Origin: an uncultured delta proteobacterium
Lineage (GTDB): Bacteria; Myxococcota_A; Polyangia; Polyangiales; Houyiibacteriaceae
Length of the DNA stretch: 64,000 nucleotides
Assembly: GCA_963699755.1 (NCBI GenBank)
Contig: CAVOVB010000006.1
Span: 1-64,000, forward strand
Reading direction: 5' to 3'
Shown: in pieces, positions 58,111 to 64,000 of the stretch
Position numbering within the stretch: the stretch's first letter is position 1
How the letters are laid out: each line of letters begins with the position of its first letter
The notes under the pieces: generated by a model
What the model saw: the letters and a program-made list of their open reading frames with translations, nothing else
Databases searched by the model: none
What the model was told of the DNA's origin: nothing
Made by a program: the position numbers and the translations under genes

Positions 58111-59055
58111 CTAGAGCATGCGGTTGATCACGGCCTTGCGGCGGATCTCTTCGAGGAAGATCTTTTCCTGACGGACCATCGCCGCGTCCAGCATCTCGCG
58201 GAAGAGCTCCTGCTTCATCTCGTCGAAGGATGGGAAGTCCGCTCCGACCTGCCGATCCTGCAAGAAGAAGATGTGAAAACCTTTTGCGCCTCTGACCGGG
58301 TCGCTGATCTCGCCGGCGTTGAGCGGCAAGAGTGCGCGCTCGAAGTCTTCGGGCAAGTCGCCCGGTGTGAGCCAGCCGAGGTCGCCACCACCGAGCTCGG
58401 CAGCCCGCTCGCTGAAGTTCTCGGGGCTCAGCACGCCGCGGAGCGACACCGCTTCTTCACGCTTCGCGGCCACTTGGATTGCCGACGACCCTTCGGCGAC
58501 CGGGACCACTACGTGCCAGACGTGAAAACGAACTTCATTGCCCTCTCCTCGTGCGAGCTCCTCGTAGCGGGCCCGGACCTCTTCCTCGGTCACGTTGACT
58601 CTCGATCGGACACGTTCGTTCACGACCTTGAGACGGATGAGCTGGCGTTTGAGATCGTTTCGGTACTGCGCCTCCGTGAAGCCCTGCGCATCGAGCGCTT
58701 CTTTGAACTGCTCCTCCGTCATGTTGTTCTGCATTCGCAGGTTGTCGATCGCGCTGTCGACATCGGCATCGGTCACACGGATTCCGCTGCTACTGGCCAA
58801 TTGGCGAATCAGCTGTTCGTCGATCAGGTAGCTCAGCAGCTCATCATAGAGAGCCTTGAGGCGCGACATCCGCTCTACCTCGGTCGTTGCTTCGGCAACC
58901 TGCGGAAGAAATGGAACAGCGCGTTGTCGAAGGTCGCTGAGAAAGATCGCTTCGTTGTTCACTGTGGCCACGACGCGTTCGATCACGTCCGCCCCTGCCG
59001 AGTTGGTGGAGAGCGCGAGAATCATCGCGGCAACGCAGAGGGGGCTCATCCTCAT
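58111..59055 (-). CDS. surA: SurA-like periplasmic chaperone/PPIase
   Basis: IERVVATVNNEAI SurA_N start; GGDLGW...GEISDPV..GFHI parvulin-like domain. Confidence 0.8.
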   Translation of the reverse strand: MRMSPLCVAAMILALSTNSAGADVIERVVATVNNEAIFLSDLRQRAVPFLPQVAEATTEVERMSRLKALYDELLSYLIDEQLIRQLASSSGIRVTDADVDSAIDNLRMQNNMTEEQFKEALDAQGFTEAQYRNDLKRQLIRLKVVNERVRSRVNVTEEEVRARYEELARGEGNEVRFHVWHVVVPVAEGSSAIQVAAKREEAVSLRGVLSPENFSERAAELGGGDLGWLTPGDLPEDFERALLPLNAGEISDPVRGAKGFHIFFLQDRQVGADFPSFDEMKQELFREMLDAAMVRQEKIFLEEIRRKAVINRML

Positions 59056-60017
59056 GGGCTTGGCGGCGCATCCGAGGTCACGACCTGAATGTCCTTCAGC
59101 GCTTCGTAGTCGATCTCGACGTTGATGTCCTTGCGAAGCCGTTGGGTCAGCGCTGCGATAGCCGCATCTTTCCTCTCCCGGATTAGCTTGTGCCGTATTG
59201 CACGCTTCGCTTGTTCGTAGGTTCGCGTGAGCGGCGCGCGCTTTCCGGTGAGCATGACGATGTGGTAGCCGCCGCCCTCCGCCACGAGGTCAGGATACAC
59301 CTCACCGACTTTGACCAGAGTGAACGCGGCGTCTCGAATCGCTTTGGGCGGCGAACCTTCTTCGTCCGCTTCGAAGAATTGCAAATCACCCCCGTTGCGC
59401 TTGGTCTTTTCGTCATCGGACTGTTCGCGAGCCAACTTGCGGAAACCCGCGAGGTCGAGCTTCTTGGCTTTCGCGAGGAGCCTTTGGGCCTCTCTGCGGT
59501 CCTCGATGAAGATGTGACTGGCGCGAACTTGCGCAGGGCGATTGAATTCGTCCGGATTCGCGTCGTAGATCGCCTTGATCTCTTCCTCGGGGATTTCCTC
59601 GGCTTCGAGAGGCGCGTCGACTTCCTGCTTCACGAGTTGCTCAATCATGGCGCTGCGCCGCGCCCTCACGATCTCGGGTTTGTCCTCGTAGCCGCGCCGC
59701 CTGGCTTCGTATACGAGAAGCTCGAATCGAACGAGGTTGTCGAGGAACTCCTTGCGGCGTTCAGGGCTTTCGAAACGAGCTCGAAGGTATGGAGATTGGG
59801 ATGAAAGGCGGTCGGCGAACTCCCCAACGGTGATCGTCCGGTCTCCAACCTTTGCGAGCACCTCATTGGCCTGGGCCTCGGTCAGGCCGTTCTTGGGCCA
59901 TTGTTCCTCGATGACGGGAGCTTCGTCTTCCTCGGCTTTGTTGGAGCAGCCCGCCCCGAGACCGCCGATGAGCGTAATCATCGGGAGCAGGATGAAGACG
60001 GCACGTTTCCAAGACAT
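59052..60017 (-). CDS. PpiC/parvulin-type peptidyl-prolyl isomerase lipoprotein
   Basis: GAGC lipobox; VRASHI, LAREQSDD, GGDL, GYHIV. Confidence 0.88.
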   Translation of the reverse strand: MSWKRAVFILLPMITLIGGLGAGCSNKAEEDEAPVIEEQWPKNGLTEAQANEVLAKVGDRTITVGEFADRLSSQSPYLRARFESPERRKEFLDNLVRFELLVYEARRRGYEDKPEIVRARRSAMIEQLVKQEVDAPLEAEEIPEEEIKAIYDANPDEFNRPAQVRASHIFIEDRREAQRLLAKAKKLDLAGFRKLAREQSDDEKTKRNGGDLQFFEADEEGSPPKAIRDAAFTLVKVGEVYPDLVAEGGGYHIVMLTGKRAPLTRTYEQAKRAIRHKLIRERKDAAIAALTQRLRKDINVEIDYEALKDIQVVTSDAPPSP

Positions 60018-60064
60018 CGTCAGCCGGTTAGCATATACCGCATGCACCGCAACGGGGCCAAAGT

Positions 60065-60457
60065 TCAGGCTGAATCCCTGGCTGCTAGGACTTCGCGAAC
60101 CTTGTTACTCAAGTGATCCAGCTCGAAGGGCTTGTCGAGAAAGGCGTCTGCTCCGTAGAGCGGTGAGGTCATTTCGTTCAGGCGCTCGCCGATTCCGGTG
60201 AGCATGATGACCCCGGTGCCTTTCAAGTTCTCGTCCTCGCGCACTGCTCGGCAGACCTCCCAGCCGCTCATACCGGGCATCATGACGTCGAGCACGATGA
60301 GGTCGGGCTTTTCACGTCGAGCCAGTCGAAGGGCTTCTTCGCCGTCGGAAGCTTCGACCACCTCGGCCGGTAGCGCGCTCAAGTGCCGCGCCACCAACGC
60401 CAGAATTTCCAAGTCATCGTCGGCGACCAGGATCTTGGTCATCGAGTCCGTCGTCAT
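60065..60457 (-). CDS. Single-domain response regulator
   Basis: LVADDD, PDLIVLDVMMP, MLTG, GADAFLDKPF. Confidence 0.92.
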   Translation of the reverse strand: MTTDSMTKILVADDDLEILALVARHLSALPAEVVEASDGEEALRLARREKPDLIVLDVMMPGMSGWEVCRAVREDENLKGTGVIMLTGIGERLNEMTSPLYGADAFLDKPFELDHLSNKVREVLAARDSA

Positions 60458-60518
60458 CGTTTCAGTGCTCCTCGGTACCCCGGTTCGGGACGCATCGTCG
60501 TTCTCTTGATGCGGCTTG

Positions 60519-61334
60519 TCAATGGACGCCGTCGTCCGAGTCGATCAATCCAACCTCGGAGCCCGCCGTCCAGCCCTCGAGACCGCCAACCAAACGCAAT
60601 TTCACGAATTGGCCGTCTCGATCGACGACCTCGCCCCGGTCGCCGCCGCGAGCCTCTCCGCGAAGCTGGGCGCGCGGGTCCGGTCCTTCGCGCAGGACGA
60701 TGCGATCGCCGAGGGCTACCGCCCGCGGGCCATCGCGCAGCAATCCAGCTTTGGCGACAAGCCCAAGTGCAGCGACCAAGAGAAATGCTCCGGAACTGAG
60801 CAGGATCGGGTACAGCCAGCGATATTTTCGACGCCCAATCGACACCCAGGCGAGGGCCATGAAGAAAACCAGGTTTGCCACCAACAGTGCGTACGCGATC
60901 GTGTCTTCCGATACACTTCCGTAGACCGCGTCGCTCATCGAGCTGCTTCGTTGAATGGTCGCTTCGCCCTCACGCTCGGCCCGCTGCTCTTCGAGGGCCT
61001 TTTCGGCAGCTCTTAGGTTTTCCGAGGCCTTGCTCTCGTTGGGTCGCAGTACGAGCGCGCGTTCGTAGTTGAGGATGGCGCGCGGGTAGTCGCCGGACTG
61101 GGCGAACGAAGTCGCCAGGTTGAAATAAACGTCCGGATCGTGGACGCCTGCTTCGATGAGCTTGCCGTAGCTCGAGATAGCGTTCGCGTGGTCGCCTCGC
61201 GATGCCGCAACGTTTGCCGCTTCAAAGATCTCCGCCAGCGAGGATCCGCCGGTCGCACGGGGCGCATTCTGGGCTGATGCCAGCGCCGCCGCTAGGAGCA
61301 GCGTGATCATGAGCGCGATGAGCCAGGAGCGCAT
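60519..61334 (-). CDS. batE: BatE-like protein (TPR, TM segments, SH3-like)
   Basis: YFNLA...G.Y.RAILNYERAL.L.P TPR; two TM helices; LREGP...GW SH3b-like end; follows batD. Confidence 0.75.
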   Translation of the reverse strand: MRSWLIALMITLLLAAALASAQNAPRATGGSSLAEIFEAANVAASRGDHANAISSYGKLIEAGVHDPDVYFNLATSFAQSGDYPRAILNYERALVLRPNESKASENLRAAEKALEEQRAEREGEATIQRSSSMSDAVYGSVSEDTIAYALLVANLVFFMALAWVSIGRRKYRWLYPILLSSGAFLLVAALGLVAKAGLLRDGPRAVALGDRIVLREGPDPRAQLRGEARGGDRGEVVDRDGQFVKLRLVGGLEGWTAGSEVGLIDSDDGVH

Positions 61335-63130
61335 CAGCTGGTCCTCCGTACACGCTGGATTCGATCAATGATTACGTTGGTCCGCTGAAGGCAGCGCTCC
61401 ATCTCGTCTCGGTTCACTCCCGATGCTGCGAAGCGTGCGAAATCCGCGCCTTCGAGCTCGTTGATCAGACGTTGCGTCAGGTCGTCGTCGACACCTTCGT
61501 TAGCGAGTCGCGCCCGGATCTCTGTGTGCGGAAGACCGGCCACGGGTTCATCAAGCCGAGCTTGTAGAGCATGGGTGATCAAAGCTACGATCCGGTCGTA
61601 GAAGGCTCTTGGATCGTTGGCCCGAAGCGCGCCCTCTGCGGCGCGGAGCAGCTTCCGCTGGACGGCGGCGGCGGTAACCCCGCGCTGCTCATGACGCCGG
61701 GACAAGGCCGCGCCCACAAAGACCAGCACAAACAGGACCGCTGGAAGCGCAAGCAACCAGGGGAACCAGGCTCGCTCTCGGACAGGCGTATGGCCCCGGG
61801 TCAATGCGCTGTACACGCGAATCGGTCCGAAGGTTGCACTAGGAGGCTTGGGCGAGGCGTCGACAGGTCCGATCACCGGCTCGGGCGCCTTTGTCTCGCC
61901 GCTTGCCGCGAAGCTGAGTGCCGGGGTGCTCACCGATTGATACGACCCCGCGGAAGGGTTGAAGTAGTGAAGCTCGATCGGCTGCACGGTGTGCTCGCCG
62001 GGCGCCTCCGCAATCAGGATCCACTCCCAGGATCGCGTGCCGGAGAGCTCGCCGTTTGCGAGCTGCTGCTTGTCCCGGATCGCCGGTTGAAGTGTCCGCA
62101 CTCCTGCGATCGGAGGCAGGTCGATATGGAGGTCCTGGACGTTGCCCACGCCCCCGGCATCGATGCCCAGGGTCACGGCGTCGCCCGTCTTCACCGCGCT
62201 GCGATCGAGCCGAGCTTGTATCGCGAAATTCCCGACAACGGCGTTGGCCGGGGCGGGAGGCGGAAGCGGTTTGACGTTCACCGTGATCGGAACCCCTACG
62301 CGTTCGATCCGTTGGGGCACGTCGAAGAGGCTGCCAGTGCCTGCGTCGAAAGTGATTTTGGGTGGACCGATCGTGAGCTCGCCAGTGCGTTGCGGGAATG
62401 CGGCGGAGCGCTGAATCGGATAGGCGCGATACTGCTGGCCCTTCACGGAAACGCTCTGGAACTGCAGGGTGGTGATCGGATCATCGTAAACCCAGAATCC
62501 GTCCATCGACGGTTTGCTTGGGACCACTGACTGCGGTGAGAGGCGGACTCGCGTGTATAGGTACACGGTGACGTTGACTTGCTGGCCGATGTAGACATCT
62601 GTCGGTTCGACGACGGTCCTCAGGAATGCACTCGCATCGTAGTTGGCGCCCGACAGCTCTGCATCCGCTTCGGCGTCCGGCGCTGCGTTCGGATTGTACG
62701 GGACCTGCGCATCAGTCCCCCTCGGAAGAACGCGTAAGGTCAGCGGCGTGCTTCGGTAGAGCTTCCCATCGACTTTCGCCTCCGCGGGCGCGAAATCATA
62801 GGTGCCTGCGACCCGCGGAACCAGAACGTAGATGTTGGCAATGCTCGACTCCTTTTGCACGCCCCTCCCGAAGCCAAAGCTGAACTGCATCGGGCGCATG
62901 GTTTGATGCGACACGATGTCGAGCTCCACATGCTTGTTGAGGTCGCTGAGCTGCAGGTCTTCGATGTTCCCGCCGCGCGCTCGGACCCGAACCTCCAGCC
63001 GTATCGAGTCGCCAACCCGCGCTTCGGTGGGCATCGCGCTGAGCGACACCGTCACCTCCGGCTCGGCCCTCGCGGTCGCTCCGAAGGGGAGAACAGCGAT
63101 GGCGATCAGGAGGAGCGTCAAGAACCGCAT
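61334..63130 (-). CDS. batD: BatD-family protein
   Basis: Signal peptide; Ig-like repeats (VYIGQQV, FPQRTGEL, VGNF, GVGN, YFNP..G.Y); C-terminal TM. Confidence 0.85.
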   Translation of the reverse strand: MRFLTLLLIAIAVLPFGATARAEPEVTVSLSAMPTEARVGDSIRLEVRVRARGGNIEDLQLSDLNKHVELDIVSHQTMRPMQFSFGFGRGVQKESSIANIYVLVPRVAGTYDFAPAEAKVDGKLYRSTPLTLRVLPRGTDAQVPYNPNAAPDAEADAELSGANYDASAFLRTVVEPTDVYIGQQVNVTVYLYTRVRLSPQSVVPSKPSMDGFWVYDDPITTLQFQSVSVKGQQYRAYPIQRSAAFPQRTGELTIGPPKITFDAGTGSLFDVPQRIERVGVPITVNVKPLPPPAPANAVVGNFAIQARLDRSAVKTGDAVTLGIDAGGVGNVQDLHIDLPPIAGVRTLQPAIRDKQQLANGELSGTRSWEWILIAEAPGEHTVQPIELHYFNPSAGSYQSVSTPALSFAASGETKAPEPVIGPVDASPKPPSATFGPIRVYSALTRGHTPVRERAWFPWLLALPAVLFVLVFVGAALSRRHEQRGVTAAAVQRKLLRAAEGALRANDPRAFYDRIVALITHALQARLDEPVAGLPHTEIRARLANEGVDDDLTQRLINELEGADFARFAASGVNRDEMERCLQRTNVIIDRIQRVRRTS

Positions 63131-63996
63131 CACCAATCCTTCTCCGGTGGTGGACGCCCCGCGCCTCTTTGGCGGGCGCGTTGCAGCGGAAGGTTCTCTT
63201 CGTTTTGTTGGAGGGCGTCGAGAAAGCGTTCCACTTCGTCGGCTGAGATGGGCTCAGGTTGCGCTCGCTCACTCGCGGACTCGTCCTGGTTCTCGGACTC
63301 GTCCTGGTTCTTGGACTCGTCCTGGTTCTTGGACTCGTCCTGGTTCTTGGACTCGTCCTGGTTCTTGGACTCGTCCTGGTTCTTGGACTCGTCCTGGTTC
63401 CTGGGCTCGTCCTGGTTCTTGGACTCGTCCTGGTTCTTGGACTCCTGCTGCTCCTGCTGCTCCTGCTGCTCCTGTTGCTCCTGCTGCTCCTGTTGCTTCT
63501 CTTCCGCCTCACGAATTCGCTTCATGGCGTACTCGAGATTCCACGCAGCGTTACGGTTGCCGGGCTGCACACGAAGTGAGCGTTTGAAGGCGTCGGCGGC
63601 CTCTCGGAAGGACGCGGATGCTTCCTCGTAGGATTCCTGTTCCGAAAGCGCGTCGCCCTCTCGGGCAAATGCGATGCCTAGGTCGTAGTAGGCGTCGGCT
63701 CGGGTGCGCGGCGCCGCCGAGGGATCCGCAGCTGCCACGAACGCTTCCTTTGCTTGCTCGGTGAGGTCCCGTCCGAGGAGCGCGAGCCCACGGTTGAGTT
63801 GGACGGCACGATCGTTCGGCAGCTCCCGTGCGGCCTCGTCGTACGCTTCCAGAGCGGGGCCGTACTGTTCCTGTGCCATCAAGGCGTTTCCCCTCTTCGC
63901 GTTGGAGTTTTCTCCACGAAGTGGGCTCCAGGCAGATGCGCTTGCGGGCAGAGCGAGCGCCGCGATGCAGCAGCTCAACAGAGCGACCGGCCTCAT
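63130..63996 (-). CDS. batC: BatC-like TPR protein with Q/E-rich repeat linker
   Basis: TPRs (AYYDLG, AAWNLE); QQE and ESKNQD repeats; ends ...PEKDW. Confidence 0.78.
   Translation of the reverse strand: MRPVALLSCCIAALALPASASAWSPLRGENSNAKRGNALMAQEQYGPALEAYDEAARELPNDRAVQLNRGLALLGRDLTEQAKEAFVAAADPSAAPRTRADAYYDLGIAFAREGDALSEQESYEEASASFREAADAFKRSLRVQPGNRNAAWNLEYAMKRIREAEEKQQEQQEQQEQQEQQEQQESKNQDESKNQDEPRNQDESKNQDESKNQDESKNQDESKNQDESKNQDESENQDESASERAQPEPISADEVERFLDALQQNEENLPLQRARQRGAGRPPPEKDW
63277..63495. repeat. Coding VNTR: 9 x 18 bp (ESKNQD) plus 9-bp QQE repeats
   Basis: GGACTCGTCCTGGTTCTT units at 63277-63438, then CTCCTG(C/T)TG units. Confidence 0.93.
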
Positions 63997-64000
63997 GCTT

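Noticed and set aside
63277..63438. 18-bp repeats as a CRISPR array
   Set aside because: Head-to-tail in-frame coding repeats with no spacers.

Overview
High-GC bacterial window, most consistent with Myxococcota (Polyangiales-like); this is inferred from gene content and is not a database result. About 1-12 kb is accessory. It holds the right-hand end of a probable tRNA-Leu-integrated island, marked by a tRNA 3' fragment at 9514-9537. Inside that end are lipoprotein genes that share a signal peptide and a conserved C-terminal decapeptide (CDVGAFEVQP), a PKD/HEXXH/beta-helix lipoprotein, IS-end-like repeats, a frameshifted SRPBCC remnant and an IS3-family element with a damaged frameshift site. 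Just outside it is a RAYT-type HUH transposase flanked by hairpins and oppositely oriented short repeats. About 12-64 kb is core-like: pfkB/mtnP, a double-FHA protein plus a TraB-like OmpA/TSP3 protein, a site-2 protease, GH15, two tandem histidine kinases with degenerate ATP-binding domains, rsmI, an RpoH-type sigma factor, and a complete gspC-N type II secretion operon behind a sigma-54 promoter and an NtrC-family activator. These are followed by a radical SAM protein, cysH, gor, mfd, a CPA2 antiporter, acyl-CoA/flavin enzymes, a candidate sRNA, surA/ppiC and batCDE-like genes. No CRISPR array, rRNA or intact tRNA was seen. All calls come from reading the sequence and recognising motifs; no searches were run.
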